Origin: Octopus sinensis
Lineage: Eukaryota
NCBI RefSeq assembly: GCF_006345805.1
Contig: NC_043005.1
Coordinates: forward strand, 85,622,001-85,686,000
Length of the DNA: 64,000 nt
Direction: 5' to 3'
Positions 52,052 through 64,000 of this stretch are shown one piece after another. The notes beneath the pieces were generated by a model. That model searched no databases, was not told the origin of the DNA, and worked only from the letters and a program-made list of their open reading frames with translations. The position numbers were made by a program, and so were the translations under genes. Each line of letters begins with the position of its first letter. Position 1 is the first letter of the stretch.

Positions 52052-54710
52052 ATACATATATTTCTCTGGTTTACCGTCAGATCATTAGTGTTCGAGGCAT
52101 TTTCTATGATGTGATTTTTCATTATAACAAACATATTTATCGTTTCGTTTTTACTTGTTTCAATCATCAGACTGCGACCATCTTGGGGTTCCGCCTCGAA
52201 GAATTTTTGTCGAAAGAATTTTAGTTTTTTAAAGCCTACTTAATGTATCGGTTATTTTGCCGAACTATTAAGTTACGGGGATGTAAACATAAGTGTGTGT
52301 GTGTGTGCGGGTTCATGTACGTGCTCAAAGGGTTTTTTTTTTTTTCAGTTTCCGTCTAGCAAATCCACTCAAGAGGATTTGGTCGGCCCGTGGGTATCGT
52401 AGACGACACTTGCACAAGGCAGGACTGAACCCGGAACCATGTGGTTGGGAAGCAACTTTCTTACTACTCAGCCATTCACTGTGATTAAATTTTGGTTTTT
52501 GTTTGCTTATATATTATTTGCCGTTAGGAACATCAAAGAGGAATATTGAAACAATAATTTTAAAGAATATATGAGATGTTGGGCATGAGAAAAATTAAAG
52601 ACGATACGATTAAGAAGAGGATCAGGGAGAAGACGAAGGGAACGATGAAAAGAAGGGCAAGGAAACGAACAAGAAGGAAAAAAACAATAGCACACTGGTA
52701 TCGTAGTTATTTGTACGCGCATGCGTAGTGATCAATCGCTAAAAGACCAAAACACCCCAATGGTTTTGAAGAAATATCTTCAATTTTTTCCACAAAAGGA
52801 CTCTTGCGAACATCTTTTAGCTTGTTTCACAATGTACCCCTTGACAACAAAAAGATTTACAATGTGAATCATGAGGAAACCAGTGATTTGGGGATACCAA
52901 CACTGTCGATTATGTGAGTTAATGAACTCTCACCACCGCTGGAAACTCGTGATTTATGGGTTTTGAATATGTTGTCGGTCAGTGAATAAACTGCATTTAA
53001 CGCTAAACAGCACTTGGAAGCAATCAACATCGATTGAAACAAATGAGACCAGGCTCTAACAGGATTCGTGCATCCACTAATCATGCTTGACAGACTTAGC
53101 AAGAACAAACGGTAAGTTAAAAATAAAAATAAAAGCTCTAACCAACTACGATTTATTAACGGGTTACGTAAAATACGAGGCAGCTGCCGACAGAAGATAC
53201 TTGATAGCAAATAGCGTCACAAAGAGAAAATAAATACGTGTAGTCTTAAGAAAAAAAAAACATTTCCAAGGAAAAGTTATAATGGAGTTAATCGTATGAT
53301 TTTCAAAAAAATCCATTGGTTCTCCGTATCATAGAATATAATGTCATTTTGGCGAATATGATGAAGATCCCCCACCTTGGATATTTTGGTTGGAAGTATT
53401 TTAGTGAAGAATATAGTCGTAATATTAACGAGGTATGATGAATTCGTTACCTGGATCATCCGCTTCTATTTATATTTATATTCGCTGATGTGTAAAGCCA
53501 TGTAACAAAATGCTCGTGTAAATGTCCTCGAAATAAGGTTAGTTTAAATAAAAGGAAGTGTATCGAAGAACATTATAATATTGTGTGCAGATTCAAGCAA
53601 TTTATACGTCGTTGAAATTTGGTCAAACATTCTTCAAATTCTCGGTCAGAATCCGCTGGAGAGAAACACAAACTCAACGATGGCATGTATGTATAAAGAG
53701 TGTATATACATATCAATATAAAGAGATTGGTATTTTATAAATAATATGTTAGCAGCTGGTTTTCGTTTTATAACATGCTATCTGATTTAATATCGTATTT
53801 CATGGATAATCTTCTCTCTTTGCTGCGATATAGATAATTAAAACCAACATCACTAAAACAGATACGAAATATTATCTACATTACCACTTCGAGAATGCTT
53901 ACACAAACACACAAACACACAAACACTCTCACACACGGCCTCATATGCATCTAGTTACTTAATCTTACAATTCCCAACGCTTAGCTATACAACGATTCTA
54001 ATCTCACTCTAATCGTTTAGAAACCTGGTTCCGAAAAATGGTAAATGTAATACTTACTAAATGCACCTGCCATCTTTTACATGAACAAAATATAAAAGAA
54101 AAAAAAAACAAATTATAAAAATAAATTCTAGCGAACGTCGTATTTAACAATATAAACATACCACACAGGCAGACAGACGGACGCATATACAGACACATGC
54201 AGACACACAGAGGCACACATACACACCCATACACATGCATGACGAAATTACTTTGTATTTCCTGCATCTCTACAGTAATCACAGCTTGAGTCGAATAGCA
54301 AGGAAAATGAGAAAACCTAAGCGTAACTAATAAGAACTTGTGGAAGATATGCCTAGAAAAACATGCATTTCATACATATATAAGTACGTACATATATACA
54401 TACATACATATATATGTAGGTACATATATATATATGTATATATGTATGTAAATATATATATATCTATATATATATATATATATATATATAAACACACACA
54501 AATATATATGTGTATATAGACATATACATACATATATATATGTATATATGTATGTAAATATATATACGCATATATATATGTGTGTATAAATACATACATA
54601 CATATATATATATATATATTTAAACACACACAAACATATATATATTATATATACATATATATATATTATGTATATATGTATATATATATGTATATATATG
54701 TATATATATA

Positions 54711-54748
<38 letters not shown>

Positions 54749-54840
54749 TATACAATGTATATATATATAATATATATATACAATGTATATATATATATAT
54801 ATATACATACGCACACAAACACACATGGATACACCACACA

Positions 54841-55386
54841 TATAACACATATAAAGACAGGAGATGGAATTCACGAACCTGTTTATTCAGAACGACTACG
54901 ACCGTTTCGACTCATCATGCACACATACCTTACAGGTGAGAAGCTGTACAATCAGTTGCCACACACCCTAAGTGCAGATGCGTCTCCCCAGTTGACTTCT
55001 CTAAAAATAAGTCGGATTGTGCTTGCCGTTTCTCTTATTTCTTTAACAATACATTTTGGTTAGTGTAGCACACTTGCCATCTGTATCATTCACTGAGATA
55101 TCATGAACTGAAATATGATATAAATTATATCTCAGTGAATTATGTAGATGGAGTGTATGCTACATTAGCCAACATGTATTGTGATGGAAATAAGCGAAAT
55201 GGCAAGGAAAAACCGACGGACTTTTAGAGAAGTCACCTGAGGAGACGCATCTGCACCTAGGATGCATGATAATTATTTGTACAGTATTTCACCTGTAAGG
55301 TATGGGTGTATGATGGCTCGAAACGGTCGTAGTGGTCCTGATTATAGTCTTGTGAATCCCATTGTTTGTCTCTTATATTTTTAATA
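54841..55386. repeat. ~545-bp fold-back (about 260-bp inverted arms) carrying hammerhead-like cores
   Basis: The arms align over their full length with moderate divergence; the innermost perfect pair TTCACTGAGATAT (55089-101) / ATATCTCAGTGAA (55127-139) encloses a 25-nt loop. Confidence 0.9.
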
Positions 55387-55552
55387 TTAACTGTATGGAC
55401 ACAAAAGGAATTCTAAAGTACATTCCGTGGCGTATACAACTATACTGTCGTTGAAATCCGGACACCAGGTAGCCGATAAATATGGACGGGCTTTAAACAG
55501 TATACTACAAGGTGTAAACCCGAATATAAAATTATTAATATACATACATATA

Positions 55553-55592
<40 letters not shown>

Positions 55593-55899
55593 TTAAATAG
55601 AGGATAAATTGAACTCATAAAAGGATGATTACATTCAAGAAAACATTGGTTCTATGCCAAATTACCAAATATATTTTTGGGAAATAAAATATCCCTAAAT
55701 CAGTAGGTATATATCATTCATGTAATCCGTATTCGCTTAACAGCAGGAAAGACTATGGAGAGTTGAAAGTTAACAATTCAAACAGTTGTAGGAAGTACGA
55801 AGTATCATTTTATTTATAAATAATTATTAACTCTCAACTCTCCATTTTCTTTTCTGTTATTAAGTGAATACGGATTACACACACACATATATATATAAA

Positions 55900-56118
55900 T
55901 GTACCTCTCCAACAACACCATCTCACAGGCACCCATCATCGTCCGTATCACATCACCGACTCCTTTAGTGCATCCCTCGCTGTCTCTGCCCTTCTCTGTA
56001 CATCGGTCAAATGGGACGCCACTGGCTGACCGTCTCGCGGAGCACCTCCGTGACATCAGATTCGGCAATGACACCCCGGTCTCGCACCATTTCCGCTCTA
56101 CCTGTCATTCGTTACAAC
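55900..56118 (+). pseudogene. GIY-YIG endonuclease fragment of a Penelope-like element, frameshifted
   Basis: CLCPSLYIGQMGR, then a frameshift, then LADRLAEHLRDIRFGNDTPVSHHFRSTCHSLQ: the YIG(Q)T.R.L..R..EH motif of PLE endonucleases. Confidence 0.8.
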
Positions 56119-56119
56119 G

Positions 56120-56178
<59 letters not shown>

Positions 56179-56289
56179 CGTGACCTATAGAACAAGAACC
56201 TGGATTAAAATAAATGTTCTGTGATTGAGTCATTCGGCCAAAATTCTTCAAGGTGCTTCCCCAGATATTTATCTGCATATATATGTGTG

Positions 56290-56333
<44 letters not shown>

Positions 56334-56370
56334 CGTATATATATATATGTACGTATGTATGTATGTAAAT

Positions 56371-56414
<44 letters not shown>

Positions 56415-58494
56415 ATATATATATATATATATACATATATATATTAATACATATATGTATATACATATATTATATATATATAATATAATATAATATATAT
56501 ATGTATATATACAAGAAAAAGCAGTAAGATATAAGTATGTGTGTCTCTGTGTGTATGTGTGTACGAATGTATGTATGTGTGTAGGTATGAATGTATGTAT
56601 GTCAGTTTTACTGAAGCGCTTTGAGACCAATCATGACATCTAGGAAACGCATGCACCATACCACCCAGCTTAGCGAATCCGCACCAACGGAAGTGCCATC
56701 TATCTTCGAACAGAACATTATCGCAGATGCCCACAGTAAACGAGAGCTGTGTAAGGCCAGAACAATCTCCAGGCTTTCAGTCCTAGCAGACCAGCAGAGC
56801 CCGACCTACGGCAAAGTCAACAACTGAATAGCATGACATTTCTCCCCATCAATACTGCTTTACTACGACCGCCACACATCACCAAATAATCAGATAGTGA
56901 TACGTTGAGGTTCTCATATTAAAACCGATGGCATGCAACCTAGTGTGCTAGATTTATGTGCGTTCCATACAAATATTTTATGACATATCTACGAAGTGAT
57001 CTCCTTTCATGCGTAGTTGAATAGGATCAGCATAATCTTTCCAAAATAATCCTAACAGAACCGCTGGAGTAGTATTTACGTTTTCGCTAGCTATATGTAT
57101 TGTAGCAGTGATGCAGCCACCATTTCTTTAGTGAATCATTTCCAGCGCCGTTTTGAATAAGGATCTTTTATACTAGGTTGTAAATTTTAAGTCGGAATTG
57201 CTCCCGATAAGAATACAACTAAAAATATTTGAGACGTCAGTCAAAAAGATCTATTTGGATATAAGCTTCTGGAGTTACCAGCAACAACAATGATGACGAC
57301 GGCAACAAAGAGAGTAACAGATTTTGATCAAAGCAATGCTGAATCAGGATCGATTACGGATTAAGCAGTAACAAGACGAACAACAATAGCACACAAAGAC
57401 AACAACAGTAAAAATAACAGTGACTAGAAAGGCATCAAAAGGAAACGCAACACGTATGCCCCTTGGCTTTACGAAGCAATAACTGAACTGATGTGCTTGA
57501 AAGGTGTGATGTGGTTGTGGTACCCTGGGTGGTTTCCAGGTCATGCTGTAGATTACAGAGAAGGTTAGAAATGTGAGCGCAAAATGATACAATAACCTTT
57601 ATTGTTTCAGCAGTAATTGTCTTGAAATATTTCAACCATCACCAAACCAGCTCACAGCATTGTGAAGACTCACTAGACAGTGAAACATTTGCTCAATGCC
57701 GATATGGTAACCAGCCACAAGTGTCTTTGACTCACTTTCACAGACACACGGTTCGTTGAACATACACAGAAGAATGAATGGATGTTTGGGATGGTGTGGA
57801 TTCTTAAAGAGACGATCTGGAGATTAATTCCTTATTCAATGTTAATCAGTGGTTTTCAACATGTGTTCATATGGACGTTAGGGATTCATATAAGATTTTG
57901 CTGTTAAAATTAAAGGCGCAATAAATTGGTTATGCTTCTAGAATGCACAAAATGGTTTAGCAATTTATACAATTCCTAATAAAATCTAATTATCAGAATA
58001 CAGCAGTATACTTTACTTAACGAACGGTTATCGAGATCTACCAGTTCCATTCGAGGAAGAGGAATCAAAGGGATCCATAGATAAAAAAATGATAGTTGAG
58101 AACCTCTGGTGTTCAGGGAGAAAGATATACACAGCCTTGCTTGATTGATGCAATTTCCGGGACAAAGAGTGTTTGGAATGGTCAGCTGGTCATTGTGATG
58201 GAGATGATGAGCTGGCGTTTAAAACTGAAGAAACCATCGCGCGATTGTAGTGGTTATTAGGGTGACAGATGCGTTGGTGGTCATTGTGGTGAAAAAAGGT
58301 TGGCTGTTGTGGTGATGGGGATTTTCCTTATCGGTAGTACGAAAGGGAGGTTGAAGCGAGGTGTGAAGTTAAAAAGTACGGTGATAATGGTAGAGTTAAT
58401 AAGATAGCTATATTTGTGCAAAACTATGAGTGTAATAATATGTATTCATATACAGAAACCTTTACATAACTGTTATATGTGTGTATGTGAATAG

Positions 58495-58579
<85 letters not shown>

Positions 58580-58580
58580 A

Positions 58581-58635
<55 letters not shown>

Positions 58636-58636
58636 A

Positions 58637-58682
<46 letters not shown>

Positions 58683-58690
58683 TTATCTAT

Positions 58691-58764
<74 letters not shown>

Positions 58765-58805
58765 GATCTATCTATCTACCTATCAATCTATCTATCTCAT
58801 CTATC
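58495..58805. repeat. (TATC)n microsatellite, about 310 bp
   Basis: Direct observation. Confidence 0.97.
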
Positions 58806-59352
58806 TGTAAGTATATAGATGTGTCGTAGCTGTGTCGTAAGACGCTTGCTTGCCAACCACATGCTTGTGGGTTCGGTCCCACTGCATGGTACCTTGCGCA
58901 AGTATCTTCTGCTATAGACTCGGGCCAACCGAACCCTTGTGTTAGAAAGATAAATTTATATATAGGTAAAACATAGATAGATAAATAGAAAGATAGATAG
59001 ATAGATTGATAGACAGATAGATAAATATGTAAATACAGATATATACGCACACATATATGTACTTATGCATGTATGAGAGTACTTAACGAGTAGAATTATT
59101 TATTTTATTATATAGATTAATATTATACATACCACACAAACACACATATCAACATTGAGATATCTATACATTTCTATGTATGTGTGTGTGTGTGTGTGTA
59201 AGTGTGTGTCTGGTTGTATGTGTGTTCCTCTCTCTACACATATTTATTTACGCGCTATATAGTGTGTTCTGTATAACTGACATAAATCCATATATGCGTG
59301 AGTAACTGAGAAAGATAAACAACAGTGTGTGTGTGTGTGCGCTTGTATGCAC

Positions 59353-59407
<55 letters not shown>

Positions 59408-60059
59408 TGTAACTACGTTTTTAGTAAAGCGTATTTGCTTTCGGGGCGTGTTTCTGGTTCCGTTTCAACCTGCGTATATAGCGTATATTTAGATACATAC
59501 ACACATACATACATACATATACATACCTACATATATGTATATATATATATATATATATACATACATACATACATATATATATATATGTATATATATATAT
59601 AGTATACACAAACACACGTGTATGTATGTATCTATGTATGTATGTATAAGCATGTTTGTACATCTGTATATAATTTTATGTATGTCAATCTATACGTTTG
59701 TCACTCCGACTCATTCCCATCCCTTTCCCTCTCTCTGTCATATCAATCTCTCTTTCTTTCTCTCTCTCTTTCTCTCTCTCGCTTCCGCCCCACTCCTCCT
59801 CTGCCTCTCCACCAAGTTTCCAGCACAGTTTGTCTATTTCTAATAATATCAGTGAAGCGAAATTCTTGGAAAATAAACAGGAGACTGATAGAAGTGGATC
59901 TTCTCTTCATTTCTGCACATCTTCATGGATCGCTGGTTTACATTCGTCATACATTCGAAGCAGCAGCAGCAGCAGAAGTAGTCGAAGCCGTAGTAGTAGT
60001 ATAAGTAGTAGCGACCGATAATGCCAGCCACAACCACAACGTTTGTATGTCAACACCAT

Positions 60060-60522
60060 CAGCCATAAAACCAGCACCACCACACCGCCACCGGCACCGC
60101 CGCCGCCACTACCGCCACCACCACCACCACCACCACCACCACCACCGCCACTACCGCCACCACCACCACCACCACCATCCTTACCTCCTGCATCGTCTTC
60201 ACCATCACCATCATCCTCAACATCATCTTCGTCGCCGTTGTCGTTACTGTCGTCATCGTTATCATCATCATTATCATCATCATCATCATCATCAGCGACC
60301 ACATCGTAGTCATCGTCATCACCACCGTCATCACAAACGTATATCAAACATCGCCATTCTTCTTCTTCTTCTTCTTCTTCTTCTCTTTCTTTTTTCTTGT
60401 TCATCATCATCATGACCACCACCACCACCACCACCACCACCACCACCATCACCACCACCACCACCACCACCACCGCCACCACCACCACCACCACCACAGC
60501 CACCACCACCACCACCACCACC

Positions 60523-60572
<50 letters not shown>

Positions 60573-60585
60573 TATTATTTTTATT
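60060..60585. repeat. compound (ACC)n/(ATC)n/(TTC)n trinucleotide tract
   Basis: Direct observation; source of the poly-P/H/T/G/V/M ORFs. Confidence 0.95.
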
Positions 60586-60684
60586 ATTGTTGCTGCTGTT
60601 GTCTCTCCACCCCCGCTTCATTCTCACCCAAGCTACCAAATTTATCCTCCATCACGAGCGTTATGATAATCGTTTTTGTTGTTG

Positions 60685-60740
<56 letters not shown>

Positions 60741-62419
60741 GAGACCAATAAACGACTGACGTCCAAGAACAACGCCAAATGGCTTTTTATAGTGTTAGCA
60801 ATACATGGTCGCTGTTGCAGTCTCTCCCAACCTGCCCACCCCACATCCGCTACCACCCTATCCTTATCGTCCTCAACAGCATAACTCTAACCCTACCAGT
60901 ACCTCAAGTAACAACAGCTTCTATCGGTTTATCAGCATTGTCGTCAATTACTTCGTATCCTAGAGCCACATTTAAACCATACATATACAGGTGCAAGCGT
61001 GGTTGTGCGGTAAGAAGCTTGCTTCCCAACCACGTGGTTCCAAGTTCAGTCCCACTACATAGCACCTTGGGCAAGTGTGTTCTATTACAGTCTCGGGTTG
61101 ACCAAAGCCTTGTGAGTGGATTTGGTAGACTGAAACTGAAAGAAGCCCGTCGTATATATATATGCATATGTGTGTGTGTATGTGTGTGTATCTATGTGCA
61201 TATCAATGTGCGTGTGTCTGTCTTTGTGTCTATTTTTGTCTCCCATCACTGCTTGACAACGGTATTGGTGTGTTTAGGCCCCCATGACTTAGCGGTTCGG
61301 TAACAAGTACTCGACTTAAAAAAATAAGTCCTGGGAGTCAATTCATTCGACTAAAAATTCAAGTTGGTGCTCCAGCATGACAGCAGTGAAAAAATGACTG
61401 ACACAAGTAAAAGAATGAAAGAAGATATAAATTGATGCATGCTGCAGCATGGCCACAGCCTCAGGGCTGAAGCATATAAAAGAATTAAAGAATAATTTAT
61501 AAGCTCGAAACGTCGAAGACTTTTTCCATTTTTCCTGAGCGTCAAACTAATCCACGTTGTTTGTAGTTCCCTCCCCTGTCTCTGTCATTTTTGTGGCGTA
61601 CCTGATATCTTTATCTAATATTGTTTCCAGTCATTACACTACAGCTATGCAGCACTTTTTAAGCTTTGTACTTATTCTCTAGGTCACTTAGGCTGAACTG
61701 CTAGGTAAGCCAATACCGGTCGTCAAGCTGTGGTGGCGGACAAACAAAAAATGTAGATACTCACGTAGATACATCCATATAAATAGGGCAGACACATTTC
61801 AGTTCCCATCTACCAAATCCACTTAGAAGGCTTTGGTCAGCCTGAGGCTATAAGTGAAGACACTTGCCGAAGGTGCCACGCAGTTGACTGATCCCAAGGC
61901 TATATGATTGAGAAGGAAGCTTCTTAGCCACGCATTCATGCCTGATCTTCAGAGTAAATAATTGTTTGGAATCTTGACACGCGGCCAGAAATCTTTGCAG
62001 GTGAGCGTAGTCGAATACATTGACCTCAGTACATGACTGGTACCTATCGACCCCGAGTGGACGTGAAAGCTGAAGTTGAAAGCTAAGTCAAAGAATAATA
62101 TCTTTTATTCTTTTGCTTGTTTCACTCATTAGACTGCGGCCATTCTGTGGCACCACCTTGAGCTTTTAGTCAAATGAATCGACCCCTGTACTTATTTATT
62201 TAGCCTGCGGAATATAACTGCTGTCTGTTTAAGATATGAGCCTCACGTGGAAGGTTGTCTGTTGTCGCGTGTGTCACTGGCCATTCTCCGTGGCATCGTC
62301 TTTGCAACCATGTCCCACCAACCCTACCATCTTTTTTTCCTTCTTCGTTGTTTCCTTGGTGAAGTAGCTATAATTTTTATTTCTCGACAATTTGATCTTT
62401 TATACTTTTAATGTTTTTT

Positions 62420-62900
62420 CTTTCTTTCGTTTCATTCTGTAGGAGGAATTACATCCGTGTTTCGTGGTCTGCTACCACAACAGCTCCTATAGAGGATCCA
62501 GTTAGCTCAAGACATCATCAGGAGGAACCACGTCCAGTTACGGCCCCTACTCCTCTACCGTTTTGACGTGCCCCCCCCCCTTTCGGAGGTGCCTACAGCT
62601 CTGGTGTTGGGTGCATCTCTTCTTCTTTTTTCTGTTCCCTGGCCTCTTCGATGTAGCGTCAGCGAGTGTCAGCCGGTGACTGACTGACTTCTCAAATAAT
62701 TCCCTTTAAATACCTGCCGCTAGGCTCCAGCAGGCAGCCCCAGCAAGTTGTCACGTGACACTGTCTCACCTTAACTGACTAGTGAAGGCGCATCGTCTTA
62801 GCCCACGCATTCTCTAACCGACCGTCACCTGTCAGTCAGCGATGCTGATTCTGTGTCAGCTTGTCTCACCTAGTGATGTTATTTCCCGCCGGCATGTTAT
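62420..62900 (-). mobile_element. possible solo LTR; partial relative at ~31790-31935
   Basis: The two loci share ATGTAGCGTCA.CGAGTGTCA.C.GG.GACTGAC..TTCCCTTTAAATAC..CCAGCA..CAGC..CAGC.A..TGTCACGTG. The minus strand has a TATTTAAA box about 20-25 nt before GTCAGTCAGTC. LTR identity is inferred. Confidence 0.35.
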
Positions 62901-63707
62901 GACTTTCAAGCCATATATTATTAATAAAATGGGGGCTTTTAATAGTGGAAAAGATGAAAAGTTCTCTTATAACATCTACCAAATACAAACTTCGAAATAT
63001 GAGCATGATCTGTAAATTTGGTTATTTCTTGCTTGTCTTGAATAACTTCTCAAGCAATTGTCATAGCCCTATGTTTGTAGTTACAACCTACCACAACGTT
63101 CTATAATTTATTACATGAATCTCATGATTAATTCAAATACCAGTGTGACGTGGTATATTTTATATAACGTGTATGATATATATCTCTTTATTGCCTTAAC
63201 ACTCGTTAACCATTCTTAACATATGACCATACCACAGTGGCAAAATCCATTACTCTGCATAAGCTAGATCGCTAGAATCATCTCAAAAATACTTATTTTC
63301 AAACCATTCATCATATTACATAAATTCTGTGTCCTACGGTTCTGTTGTTAATTTTCGGTCTTACGTTGCTACGTTACAAGGCATGTGTACTGGGCTCACT
63401 CATAGAACTGCGGCCATGTAGGTGAACCACCTTCAAGGATCTTTTTGATTACATCAGCTTCCAATAATTTTATCAGCCTGGCAATTATTTTGCCAATCTC
63501 CCTTTGTTGAACTGCTAGGTAATTGGATATCATGACCTAAAACATGAACCGAGACACAACGCACACAAACATACACAGACATACAGAAAGCATACACCAA
63601 TCTGTCGAAAGCCAATGGACGTAACTTATATAAAACTCTCTCTCTCTCTCTCCCTGCATGTATATTTATGTATATATGTGAGTGCGTGTATATATGGATG
63701 TGTATGC

Positions 63708-63755
<48 letters not shown>

Positions 63756-64000
63756 AATTAATAAATAAAACATATGCATATATACATACATATATGTACT
63801 ACCTACATCTATATGTATATATACACGCATATATGGGTACAGGACACAAAAAAAACGTCGAACACAATGAGAAACGAAAACATAAACACAAAACCAAGGA
63901 ACTGGACATTTTTCTTAAACAACAAAAAAAAACAGAGTACACGACAAATAACACAAGGAAAATTCCCCTTCTTCAGTCGCCATAGTTTCATCTACTCAGC

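Noticed and set aside
52869-53210. 113-aa minus-strand ORF
   Set aside because: No recognisable motif; the splice signals point to the plus strand instead.
59907-60666. Long poly-Pro/His/Gly/Val ORFs (up to 221 aa)
   Set aside because: Trinucleotide tracts are open in several frames on both strands, with no splice or domain support.

Overview
This is AT-rich, microsatellite-saturated eukaryotic DNA, not a prokaryotic locus; there is no operon or CRISPR array. The SINE families and repeat landscape look like a coleoid cephalopod (Octopus) intron or intergenic region; that is an inference from remembered repeat families, not from a search. No host protein-coding gene can be named, and most ORFs in the track are translations of simple repeats. 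Supported features: many tRNA-derived SINEs (three or more families), fragments of RTE and R4/Dong-clade non-LTR retrotransposons, Penelope-like (PLE) remnants including a GIY-YIG fragment, a fold-back mariner derivative, a MITE, a tRNA-Asp pseudogene, a 28S rRNA fragment, and a CCAAT/E2F/CHR promoter-like cluster near 49.7 kb. The most interesting observations are: (1) several minimal hammerhead-ribozyme-like cores, including recurrent core variants and a ~545-bp fold-back with one core per arm; (2) a SINE subfamily that repeatedly sits inside older members of its own family at two fixed junctions; (3) a ~555-bp ORF-less element with no tRNA head, found only in (AAT)n tracts alongside (AAT)n-flanked R4/Dong fragments; (4) a ~270-bp-arm palindrome whose age is bracketed by a later SINE insertion with a 17-bp TSD. 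Boundaries of old repeats are approximate and read by eye.
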